DNA from: an uncultured delta proteobacterium
GTDB lineage: Bacteria > Desulfobacterota > BSN033 > UBA1163
Length of the DNA: 64,000 nt
NCBI GenBank assembly: GCA_963827685.1
Contig: CAWHBU010000003.1
Coordinates: 320,001 to 384,000, forward strand
Direction: 5' to 3'
Below the pieces are notes generated by a model. That model saw nothing but the letters and a program-made list of their open reading frames with translations. It ran no database searches and had not been told where the DNA came from. Position numbers and translations under genes: made by a program. Below are positions 1 to 9,919 of this stretch, piece after piece (within the stretch, counting starts at the first letter, position 1; every line of letters begins with the position of its first letter).

Positions 1-1282
1 TGTAAGAGTCAATCGCCTCCTCGAATCGTCCCGTATGAAAATAAGCTGCCCCTAAGTTTAAGTGCCCTTCTGCATAATCAAATTTGATGCGAATGGCCTC
101 CTTGTAGGAATCGATGGCTTCTCTGTATTTCTTCAGGGCAGAATAATTATTACCAAGATTATAATGAGCCAGAGCGAAGCCAGGTTTGAGGCGAATGGCC
201 TCTTTACACGACTGGATAGCCTCCTGATAACGGCCAAGTCTTTGATACGACCATCCCAAATTATTATGAGATTCGGCGAGATCGGACTTAAGCTGGATGG
301 CTTGTTTGCAGGATTCAATCGCCATGTCATAGCGACCAACCATCCCATACGCGGCGCACAGATTATTATGAAAGTCGGCATCCTTGGGGTTGATGCGAAT
401 GGCTTGTCGATAAGATCCGATGGCCTCTTTGTATTGTCCCAGTCTGGCCAAACAATATCCGATCTGGAAATAGGCCTGAGCATGCTCCGGGTTTCTCTTG
501 ACCGTCTCAACAAAATAGGGGAAAGCTTTCTCATAGTCCTCCGCCCAGAGGAGACGAAGCCCGATGGCGTAAAGTCCTTCTGCTGAGGCAAGCCAATCTT
601 TTATTCTCCCTTCTTCCCGCTCCGAAAGGGTTTCTCCTTGACGGATGGCCAACCTAACTATTCTCTCCCCAGGAATGGCAAAATTGAGGTTCTGACCTGC
701 CACGACAAAAAAGGTGGCAACCCCGATCACTTCCCCTCTCATGTTGATCACGGGACTGCCACTTGACCCTGGGGATATGGGAGCGGTTACCTGAATGATG
801 TTCCCAAATCCAGGGGTTTCCCTCACGGCAGAGACGATGCCATCTGAAACTGTTTTATCCAGTCCGAGAGGCGTTCCAATGACTACGATCTTTTCCCCTG
901 CTTCGGGCAAGGTGGTGATGATTGACAAAGGGCGCGCAGTTTCTTTGGGAATATTGACTGAGACCTGGATAAGATCTCCTACTTTGTCTTCGGCTACTAC
1001 CTTTTCAACCGGGTACTCCTTCCCATCATTTGTTCTGATGACCGCGCGGTTTGCCTCCTGAAGGACATGAGAGTTCGTGATCACATCTCCTTCCTTATTA
1101 ATAAAAAAGCCACTTCCTTGACCAAGAATTTTCCCTTCCTGGTCATAAGTCACAATAACAACGATCGAGGGTGCCACTTTTTTTATTAGAACAGGCAGGT
1201 TCTCCTGGCCCGGTGCCGAAGAAACAGTTAGAATGAAAAAGAGAAAAAACACTTTGAAGATTAAATGGCGAGATCTTCTCAT
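1..1282 (-). CDS. Secreted trypsin-like serine protease with C-terminal TPR repeats (3' end runs off the window)
   Basis: Absent from the ORF track. Manual translation from ATG 1282 gives a signal peptide (MRRSRHLIFKVFFLFFILTVSSA), GSGFFI..VITNSHV, APISPGSSGSPVIN (catalytic His/Ser motifs), then TPR units such as AESHNNLGWSYQRLGRYQEAI and ALAHYNLGNNY. Confidence 0.9.
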   Translation of the reverse strand, partial: MRRSRHLIFKVFFLFFILTVSSAPGQENLPVLIKKVAPSIVVIVTYDQEGKILGQGSGFFINKEGDVITNSHVLQEANRAVIRTNDGKEYPVEKVVAEDKVGDLIQVSVNIPKETARPLSIITTLPEAGEKIVVIGTPLGLDKTVSDGIVSAVRETPGFGNIIQVTAPISPGSSGSPVINMRGEVIGVATFFVVAGQNLNFAIPGERIVRLAIRQGETLSEREEGRIKDWLASAEGLYAIGLRLLWAEDYEKAFPYFVETVKRNPEHAQAYFQIGYCLARLGQYKEAIGSYRQAIRINPKDADFHNNLCAAYGMVGRYDMAIESCKQAIQLKSDLAESHNNLGWSYQRLGRYQEAIQSCKEAIRLKPGFALAHYNLGNNYSALKKYREAIDSYKEAIRIKFDYAEGHLNLGAAYFHTGRFEEAIDSY

Positions 1283-1451
1283 GTCTATCTTAACGAAGCG
1301 CTCTTAACATGAATAATATGCTTTTATTAAAATTGAAAAATATCTACAACGTGGGACAATATCTCCCGACTGACGTCGGGACACATTCACCCTCCCGGTT
1401 GAAGCCTGGGGTCTCCTGTTGCCGGGGTAAATACCGTCGCACCACCTCTTC

Positions 1452-1665
1452 ACCTTAACGTCGCATAGAACCGTTCCAAAAGGCGGCTGGGTGTGTTGGA
1501 AAACCTTTACAGCGGGCACCTCTTAGCGTTGTTCTACTGCTTTTCCAAGTGTATTGCAGAAGTCACCTTAGTGGATATTGTATGTTGCCCATAAAACATT
1601 TCAAAAACCCGCTTGGTAAAGGTTGGGAAGTACACCCAACCGCCTTTTCAATGCAACATTAAGGT
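1452..1665. other. ~214 bp non-coding element with long imperfect terminal inverted repeats (structured ncRNA or MITE)
   Basis: Left arm ccttaacgtcgcatagaa..aaaaggcggctgggtgtgttggaaaacctttacagcggg matches the reverse complement of right arm cccgcttggtaaaggttgggaagtacacccaaccgccttttcaatgcaacattaagg. The interior can also form a hairpin. Confidence 0.6.
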
Positions 1666-2760
1666 TTATTTGAGGATTTTTTTGATGGCTTTGATGAATC
1701 TGCGGTTATCCTCCATCCTTCCAACGGTCACCCTGGCAAAAGTGGGATAGCCCCATATCCCACCAGGACGAATGATGACTCCTTCCCTCAGAAGTGCCTG
1801 AAAGATCTCTTCCGAATCTTTTTCAAAATCGAGGAAAATGAAGTTGGCCTGGCTGGGGACGTAGGGAAATCCCATCTTATCCAGTTCTTTGTAGAGATAC
1901 CTCTTCCCTTCGTAAACCAATTGAATTGACCTGATGGCATGATCTTCATCTTTTAGTGCAGCCACTGCAGCCACTTGTGCCAGCCGATGGACAGGAAAAG
2001 GATCCCTCACCTGATAAAGGCAATCCACTAAGTCTTCCTTTCCCAAGGCATAACCAATCCTCAACCCGGCCAGCCCATAGACTTTGGAAAAGGTTCGAAG
2101 GACGATGATCTGTTTCCTTTCTTTGATACAGTCCAAACCATTTGGGTAAAAGGCATCTTCCACAAAATCTCCGTAAGCCTCATCCAACACAACGACAACA
2201 TGCTTTGGAAGGTGGGCAAAAAAATAGTTGAACGCCCCTACGGGAACAGTCGTACCGGTCGGGTTATTTGGATTGCAAATAAAGACTAATTTTGTCTTTC
2301 GGTTGACCTTCTTTAGCATCGCATCCAGATCATGCGTAAAGTCTCTCAACTTCACCTTGATTGGTTTTCCGCCCATAATCTGGGTCACATTGGTGTAGAC
2401 CGGGAAAGTGGGATCCGCCATCACCACTTCATCCCCTTCGTCCACAAAGGCATTCGCGATCATGAGAATTAAATTGTCCGCACCATTAGAGATCACAACC
2501 CTTCTTTCAGGAATTGAAAACTTTTGGGCCAGTGTTTGTCTCAAAACTGTACAAGGGCCTTCCGGGTAAAGATAGATTTTTGATAGTTCCTTCCGGATGG
2601 CTGCCAATGCCTTTGGAGAGGGACCAAGCAGATTCTCATTCGAGGCAAGTTTCGTCCACCTTTTTGCCCCGAACTCCTTTTGAACCTCCTCAATCGACTT
2701 CCCAGGGCTATAGGACATTATATTCAGGATCCCTTTTCTTGCCAGCTTTTCGATTTTCAT
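1666..2760 (-). CDS. hisC: Histidinol-phosphate aminotransferase
   Basis: KLASNEN, CNPNNPTG, DEAY and RTFSKVYGLAGLRIGY (PLP lysine). Confidence 0.92.
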   Translation of the reverse strand: MKIEKLARKGILNIMSYSPGKSIEEVQKEFGAKRWTKLASNENLLGPSPKALAAIRKELSKIYLYPEGPCTVLRQTLAQKFSIPERRVVISNGADNLILMIANAFVDEGDEVVMADPTFPVYTNVTQIMGGKPIKVKLRDFTHDLDAMLKKVNRKTKLVFICNPNNPTGTTVPVGAFNYFFAHLPKHVVVVLDEAYGDFVEDAFYPNGLDCIKERKQIIVLRTFSKVYGLAGLRIGYALGKEDLVDCLYQVRDPFPVHRLAQVAAVAALKDEDHAIRSIQLVYEGKRYLYKELDKMGFPYVPSQANFIFLDFEKDSEEIFQALLREGVIIRPGGIWGYPTFARVTVGRMEDNRRFIKAIKKILK

Positions 2761-2860
2761 CTTCGTCTTCCTTTCCTAAGTTATAAACAAAATCTTTAAA
2801 ACAAACTTCGAATACTTGTCAACGAAATATTAAGGCCGAAAAATAGACATTGAAAAAGGA

Positions 2861-3118
2861 TTCTTCCGGCTTTGGTGTGGGTGGCACCCCCCTCTTGTAA
2901 CCCACCTCAATTCCCCCCTTAAATTAAGGGTACCCCCCTTCATCCCCCCTTAACCTAAGGGGGGAATAGAGGGGGGTTACAACGGCGACGGAAGTTGAGG
3001 CGCAATCAGACTGATGCGGAGAAGACCCCCTGGGCACACCTGCAAAACAGGTAACCCCACCCAGCCTGCCCCTCAGATAAGAGAAGACAACCCAAAAAAA
3101 ACCGGAGGAGCTATTTTT
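2861..3118 (+). other. Candidate structured non-coding element containing a REP-like hairpin (about 2895-2982)
   Basis: Nested stems ttcttccgg/ccggaggag, tgaggcgca/tgcccctca, ctggg/cccag and acctg-caaaa-caggt. G.U pairs favour the + strand. Family not recognised. Confidence 0.35.
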
Positions 3119-3210
3119 GGGTAAAACCTTGCGTTAACGAAGAAAATTAAATGAGGGATTAAAGGGAAGCAGAAAAGGCAAAAACGCCACCGAACGGGTC
3201 AAGATAGAAA

Positions 3211-6200
3211 TTATTCCTCCCTGGATGCCATGGTCTCGGCAACCACATTCAAAATCTGGTTAAAATCGAAGGGCTTGGAAATAAAAAAGTCAATACCATA
3301 CTCCTCCACTTCGTCTTGATTCTTCTCAACCCGCCATCCCGTAATCATTCCTACGGGCGTGTGAGGGCTTGTCTCTTTAATCATCCTACATACCTCCCAA
3401 CCCGACATCCCGGGCAATCCCAAATCAGTCAGAACGATATCAAATTTCCCCTCTTTAAAGATCTGAACACCCTTTTCTCCATTCTCTGCCACGGTTACCT
3501 GATGGTTGGCTTGAGCGAGAGTCCGAGAAAGGACACTTCGGACAAACTCATCGTCATCGATCACCAGGATGACAGCTTGCTTTGCCTTCTTGATAGGTTG
3601 CGGAGAAACTACTCCTGCTTTTTCCTCCCTTCCAATGGGCAAAATGATTGTAAAGGTCGTTCCCTGTCCAAGTCTGCTTTCAATTTCAATCTCTCCTCCA
3701 AACCTTTTGATGATCCCGTAAGACATGCTTAATCCCAACCCTGTGTTAGTGAATGGTTTCGTTGTAAAAAAGGGCTCAAAAATCTTCCTTTTCTCCTCTT
3801 CTCCTATCCCAATCCCTGTATCTGAAATCTGGATAAAGACACCCCTTCTTTTCTTAAACGAACGAATTTCAATCTTCCCCCCTTCGGGCATTGCCTCAAT
3901 CGCATTGAAAATCATATTGGTGATGACTTCCCTCAACTCAGACGCATTCCCTGAAGCGGGAGGAATCTCCTCAAGATTTGAGACCATTTCAATACGGATT
4001 CCTCTGCTTTGGGGCTCGTCTTTCCATTTCGGTTTGGTCATCTCCATTGAATCTTTAATGATTGAGTTGACGTCGACCTTAAAAAGTTCCTGACCAACCC
4101 GTTTCCTCGTAAAGTCCTGAAGCCTTCGAACCGTCTGGCCGCTATCCTTGGCCACTTTTTCGATGATCTCCAAAGTCCCCTTTAACTCCTCGTCATGAGT
4201 GGTATAAAGTAGAAGTTGAGTATTTCCGAGGATAGCGGCTAAGGCGTTGTTGAAATCATGGGCAACCCCACTGGCCATCTCTCCTACCGCCCGGAGCTTC
4301 TCAGCCTGGAACAACTGTTCTTCCATCTTTTTCTTCTCGGTGATGTCCCGCAAAATCCCTCTAAATCCTATCGCTTTACCTGATGCATCTTTTTGTAACG
4401 ATACAGATGCCTCAACGTGTCTTTTGGTCCCATCTTTCCTGGTAATCTCCCAATCAAATACTTTTCCGGGTTCCCCTGTTCTGTAGACTCTATTAAAAGT
4501 CTGAAACAGTCTCGTTGCGCTCTCTTGATCTGTCAACTGCCGGTCATTCATGCCCATCAATTCCTGTTTGGGGTACCCATATATTCGACACAATGAATCG
4601 TTGAAAAAGGTTAGGTTACCGGCAAGGTCCACTTCGTAATAACCGTCTTCGATACTCTCAATAATGGTTCGATATTTCTCCTCACTCTGCCGCAGTGCCT
4701 CCTCCGCCCGCTTGCGCTCGGTGATATCCCGAGAAATACCTCGGAATCCGATCGGTTTGCCTTCTGAATTCCTTATAAGAGATACCGATGTTTCGTAATT
4801 CAATTTCGTCCCGTCTTTTCTGGTAGCTTCCATACCTAATGCGGTAACCGGTTTACCTGTTCTGTAGACCCCGTTATAGAGTTCATGCAGTTTTCTGGCA
4901 TCTTCTTCTTCTTCTGTATATCGCCGGTAGTTCATTCCGATCAATTCCTCTCTGGTATATCCGAGATGTCTGCAGAGCACATCATTAAAGAAGGTAAGAT
5001 TACCAGAAAGGTCATCCTCAAAATAGGCCTCCTGGACGTTCTCAAGAATGGTTCGATATTTCTCCTCGCTCTGGCGCAGCGCCTCTTCGGCTTTCTTGCG
5101 GTCGGTGATGTCTAACATTGTCCCTATGACCGCAGGTCTTCCCTGATACATAATACGGGAACCGAAAACTTCAACGTTTCTTATTTCCTGGTTCTTCGTA
5201 ACAATTCTAAATTCATAATGGATGGACTCTTCTTCACCTTTGATCCTTTTGCCGATGTTTCCCTCCACGATTGATAAATCTTCGGGTAAAGTCGTTTGTT
5301 TTGGTCCCATTTTTTCGACCATTTCCTCAATCTTGTAACCGTGTATATCCCCAACCCGTGAATTGACATATTTGAATACACCATCCTGTATTAGGTAGAC
5401 ACCAACGATTGAATTCTCGACCAAACTTCTGAACTTATTCTCAGATTCACGCAGGGCGTCTTCCATCCGTTTGCGCTCCGTAATGTCGCGCGTGATCCCC
5501 CGGAACCCAACCGGCACTCCTTTGGCATTCCTGATTAAATAAACGGAACTTTCGACAACAGCTTTCTTACAATCACTTCTTGTAATTTCCCATTCGAATA
5601 CTTTTCCTGGCTGGCCGGTTTTGTACACCTGATTAAATATTTCATATACTTTTTTGGAAGTTGCCTCATCCATATATTGTCTATTGCTCATCCCCAGCAT
5701 TTCCTCTTTGGAAAGTGCGTGCATCTTACGCAACGCCTCATTGAAGAAGGTAAATCTCCCTTTGAGGTCAACTTCATAGTAGCCTTCTTCCATGGTCTCC
5801 AGAAGAGTTCTATATTGTTCTTCCCGTTCGCGCAGGGCCTCTTCCACTCTCTTGCGCTCGGTGAGATCATTGTAAATGGCCAGGATTCGGTTGGAGACAA
5901 AGGTCCCCATCTGCTCCACGTAGCGGGTTGTGCCATCTTTACACGTAATGGTTATTTCTATAGGCCTGATCTCTTTGCCTTGCTTCTGTGTCTCGGTGAG
6001 CATGGCGACAAGGGAAGGGACCGTCTCACGGTAGGCTGGGTCTGGATAGGCCAGACGGCGCCACTCAGCGATGGTTGGAATGTCGTCAACGATGTAGCCG
6101 AAGAGTTGACGGAACTTTCGGTTGGTATATTTGATGTTCCCTTCCATATCTGCCCAGGAAATGCCTATTGGTGAGGCATCCACCAGGGCCTGGAGTCTAT

Positions 6201-7340
6201 TCTCGTTTTCGCGCAGTGCCTCCTCCGCCTTCCTGCGATCCGTGATGTCTTTCAGGAAGACGATGATGTTTACGTCTCCTTTCGAATCTTTGATAGCGCT
6301 AGCGCTGATCTCCGCATTCCTGACCCCTCCATCTTTATGAAGAATATTTAATTCAAAATGAGGCGGTAATTTGATCCCTCTCGCTCGCTTTTCCTCCCGA
6401 TCCGCCAGCAAGGTCCTGCTCTCTTCATCCAGAAGATTTCGAAAATCCGTTCCGACTAACTCCTCCCTGCGATAACCCTGGATCCCTGCAAACCTCTCAT
6501 TGACATATTTAAAAAGATAATCTCTTCCAATCACGCCGACGCCATCGATGGCGCTCTCAACCACGGTTCTGTATTTTTCTTCGGATTCTCTCATTTCATT
6601 GAGCAGAAGCGAATTCTCAAGAGCCAGACCAATCTGACTCCCAATGCTCTCCAATGAATCGACCTCACTTTGGCTAATTTTGCGGGGAGATCGAGTCGAA
6701 AAGATAATCGCACCGATGGCTTTCCCTTTAGCCAGAAGAGGAATGCCCACCACTGTCTGAACCCCTTCTTCTCTCAGAATAGGAGCGAACCGGGGGGATG
6801 GATATTCACGGATGGAGACAATGACTGGCTGTCTTGAGCGGATGGCTTTTCCAGAAACCCCTTCGCTAAATTTTAGAACTTTCACCTCCTTAAGCATTGC
6901 AGGGGAGTGTCCGATTTGAGATTTCATCTCAAGAATATCTCCCGATTCGTTCAATAGAAAGACCGCTCCCATTTCGTACCCTGTCAAACTTGCCACCTTC
7001 TCTAAGATAATAGGAAGGATGACATCCAAACCTCCTAAGTTCTGATTGATCAGATCCCCTATCTCATAAAGGGTTTCGAGTTCCCTGGTTCTCTGAACCA
7101 GCTCCTCCCCCCCTCCTTAGACAACCGTCTGATTGGAAGGATCAACTTCCTTGTTAAGAAAAAGCTGAAGAGGATTCCTAAAATCAGGACAACCCCCTCC
7201 ACTGCAATAAAGGATCTCTTTAGGTCCTCATGGTAGATCTGAAAGATGCTCAAACATGCGATGACCAGTGGGGTGACGGTAAAGAGAGTTAAGAGAACCG
7301 TCCATTTCAAAGTGAGACTTTTCCTTATCCTCTTTAACAT
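3211..7340 (-). CDS. Hybrid sensor histidine kinase (2 TM - GAF - 6 PAS - HisKA - HATPase - REC), frameshifted at a G7 tract (7107-7113)
   Basis: ORF 3211-7029 has GAF, repeated PAS/PAC units (DITERKRAEEALR), GVAHDFNNAL, N/G boxes and a receiver domain (LVIDDD..VLTDLGLP..SKP). That frame stays open back to the G tract (EELVQRTRELETLYEIG). The upstream frame from ATG 7340 encodes two TM helices. Confidence 0.85.
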
Positions 7341-7522
7341 CAATTTACTTCTCCCTTTAAGAATCGATTTAATTCTGATTGGAGAATCCTCCACCCCTTC
7401 CCAGCCTTAATTGCCTTGATCCTACCGAGACGAATATACTTCAAGAAGGTTGGTTTGGAGATCTTCAGATAATCAATGGCCTCATCAGTTGTTAAAACCA
7501 CATCTCTTTCCATTAAAGACAT
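7340..7522 (-). CDS. Small excisionase/MerR-like helix-turn-helix DNA-binding protein
   Basis: VLTTDEAIDYLKISKPTFLKYIRLGRIKAIKAGKGWRILQSELNRFL. GGAGG RBS precedes ATG 7522. The stop overlaps the kinase start (TGATG). Confidence 0.88.
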   Translation of the reverse strand: MSLMERDVVLTTDEAIDYLKISKPTFLKYIRLGRIKAIKAGKGWRILQSELNRFLKGEVN

Positions 7523-7853
7523 TGAATTACCTCCATTTGTTTTGATTTTCATGTATTTAAAGCAAAATATATGCCGAGGAGAAAGTGTAAGGATGTCGGT
7601 TCGATAACTATTTGATTTCTAAGCATAGCCTCAATCTTTTTGAGAGGGATCAAATATTTAAAACGACCCCTTAGAATCGACAAATTGTCAAAGTCAGAAA
7701 AATTGTTGTAATACTCTCGAAAAGAGTCTTCCCGATAAACCACAAGGAGAGGTATGGGGATTTATTTGAACCAAATTCTGTTCGGAGGCTTTGATAGTAA
7801 ATAAGATGTTAAATTAAGGAAGATTTTATGGAAGAAAAAAATATGAGCGGCCG

Positions 7854-8354
7854 TTACATTTTAAATTTTCCGAAGTCTTCTGGCTTCATATTCTCGATGA
7901 TCGTTTTAAGTTCATCCCCCTCCTCTAAAAGATTGGAGGCAAGAATCCCCATCTGTTTTGTCGCCTCAATGACTGTTTCTGCAACAAAGATGGGAGCCTT
8001 CACCCTTACCGCTAAAGCGATCGCATCGCTGGGACGGCTATCCACAATCATTTCTTCCCCTTCCACGTTCAGGTAAAGATTGGCATAAAAGGTATTTTCT
8101 TTTAAGTCATGGATAACCACCCGATTGACAGTCACTTGAAATGTATCTAAAATCTGTTTCATGAGGTCGTGTGTCATGGGACGAAGTGTCATCACTCCTT
8201 CGAGGCCTCTCGAAATGGCTTCCGCCTCGAAGACGCCGATCCATATCGGCAGAGCCTTCTGTCCAGAAAGATCTACTAAAACGACAACGGGGTTTGAGGC
8301 CTTGGGATCCACCACGATACCCATCACTTTAACTTCCATCAATCCTTTTTCCAT
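7854..8354 (-). CDS. Bifunctional nuclease family protein (DUF151)
   Basis: LPIWIG..EAEAI, RPMTHDL and DSRPSDAIALAVR motifs. Confidence 0.92.
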   Translation of the reverse strand: MEKGLMEVKVMGIVVDPKASNPVVVLVDLSGQKALPIWIGVFEAEAISRGLEGVMTLRPMTHDLMKQILDTFQVTVNRVVIHDLKENTFYANLYLNVEGEEMIVDSRPSDAIALAVRVKAPIFVAETVIEATKQMGILASNLLEEGDELKTIIENMKPEDFGKFKM

Positions 8355-8684
8355 ATCAGTCCTTTTAGAAATTTGAAGTTTAACGGACCCTCTGGCCTAA
8401 ACGCACTTCACAAACTCCGCCTGACGGGTTCTGAAATTCAATCCTATTTTAACCTGTGAGATAGGGATGTCAACCCCACCTCCTGAGATTTCTGAGAAAG
8501 CCCAGGAACCTCTGATGACATATCTACCTGCAGGGTGGCAGGGATGACGAAACGATTACACAGACAAGCATGCGTTACGGCACGCAGGCATGGTTTCCTG
8601 CGCAGGCGGATGGAAGAAGTCTGAATCGGATGTAGATAGAATTTAAATCAAACCCTTTTCCTGCCTATCGTTCCTGTTCTCTAC

Positions 8685-9821
8685 TTAATTAATATCCTTC
8701 CCCACGGCCTCTGGCGAAATCTTTTCCCGACGTACGATCCGACGCCGGTCCCTCGGGAAAGTGAGTGTGGCGGTCGTCCCTCTCCTTAAACGACTCTCCA
8801 CTCGAATGCTTCCTTCTTGTTCCTCCACCACTCTCTTGGCAAAGGTCAATCCTAATCCCACCCGATCAGGTCGTGTGGAAAAAAAAGGCTCGAAAATTCG
8901 GCCAAGGTTCCTTTTGGGAATCCCCACTCCTCTATCTGAGATCGAAACCCCAATGTTTCCTCCATCTCCGAAAAGGGACACCTTTAGGGTCCTGCCTCTC
9001 TTCCCTACTGGTCCCCGAGCCACTGCGTCAAAACTATTTTCCAAAACATAAGAGAGAGCCTTAGCAAATAAACCCCTGTCAATGAAGAAATTCCCTTCCC
9101 CTTCTAAAGCCCCTGTCTCCAGACTGATGGAGACCCCCTTTTCCGTTGCCTCTTTTGAAAATGTCCCCAGGACGGCCTCCACAACCTCTTGAATCTTTTC
9201 CTTTTGAAAAGTAGGTTTCGGGATCAGGACATACTCCTCCACCCGCCGAATCATGGCTTCAAGCTTCTTCGTCTCATGAAAAATTTGATGAAGGTAGGAC
9301 TTGCCTTTTGCCGAAGGGGTGAATGCCTTGAGAAGCCGTTGTGTGTATCCTCCAATGGCAACAATCGGATTCCGAATTTGATGGGCGATTCCCTCCAACA
9401 TCATCCCAAGACTCGCCCAACGTTCCATCTCCACTTTTTCTTTCTCCAATGTCTTCAATCGTTGAATCTCTTGGAAGGAAAAAGAAATAAAAACCTCTCC
9501 CTCTTCCTTAAAAGTGGTGGTATAGAGATGAACGAAAACCTTCGTCCCGTTCTTCTGCCTCAAAAGGGCCTCCCCTTCGAAACCACTTTTGTAAAGCGTG
9601 AAGTAGATGATATTGGGCAGGAAATAGGTCAGATCCTCTTCCAAAAAAAGGAGCCTAATTCGTTCCCCCTCCATCTCTTGTCTCGAATAACCGAAGAGGG
9701 GTTCGGCATAGCGGTTGGTGTAAAGGATTTTTGAGTGAGCATCGGTGAGGATAAAAGCCACCTGGACCAAATCGAGTAAATGATGCCTGCTTTTCAGAAT
9801 CTCGACCATCGCTGCCTCCAT
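8685..9821 (-). CDS. Cytoplasmic PAS-domain sensor histidine kinase
   Basis: N-terminal PAS, H-box AHQIRNP, DRGVGI, IFEPFFST and GLGL. Confidence 0.9.
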   Translation of the reverse strand: MEAAMVEILKSRHHLLDLVQVAFILTDAHSKILYTNRYAEPLFGYSRQEMEGERIRLLFLEEDLTYFLPNIIYFTLYKSGFEGEALLRQKNGTKVFVHLYTTTFKEEGEVFISFSFQEIQRLKTLEKEKVEMERWASLGMMLEGIAHQIRNPIVAIGGYTQRLLKAFTPSAKGKSYLHQIFHETKKLEAMIRRVEEYVLIPKPTFQKEKIQEVVEAVLGTFSKEATEKGVSISLETGALEGEGNFFIDRGLFAKALSYVLENSFDAVARGPVGKRGRTLKVSLFGDGGNIGVSISDRGVGIPKRNLGRIFEPFFSTRPDRVGLGLTFAKRVVEEQEGSIRVESRLRRGTTATLTFPRDRRRIVRREKISPEAVGKDIN

Positions 9822-9919
9822 ACCAAATATAAGGAAGAAACCATACCTAGGACGAAGGTTAGAGGGTGGAGGCTGAATTCCCTGCCTGCGATAGGCAGGG
9901 CAGACAGGTCCTGCCTCAA

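Noticed and set aside
62-586. + strand 174-aa ORF and other long antisense ORFs (e.g. 17939-18727, 27029-27634, 57734-58486, 61276-61863)
   Set aside because: They are shadows of well-supported genes on the opposite strand and show no recognisable motifs.
3030-3066. GGGCACACCTG-CAAAA-CAGGT resembling a c-di-GMP-I riboswitch P2
   Set aside because: It lacks the GNRA loop, GCAAA junction and P3, and no + strand gene follows.
4330-6260. Repeated DNA segments inside the hybrid kinase
   Set aside because: These are ordinary PAS/PAC domain duplications. There is no reverse transcriptase or adenine-specific pattern suggesting a diversity-generating retroelement.
7549-7743. 64-aa ORF upstream of the HTH gene
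   Set aside because: AT-rich, promoter-like region with no motif support.
8500-8602. CTGATGA...GAAAC resembling a hammerhead ribozyme core
   Set aside because: Stem II would close with C/C plus extra bases, and stem I cannot be placed next to a valid NUH site. Nested palindromic repeats explain the region better. A cmscan would settle it.
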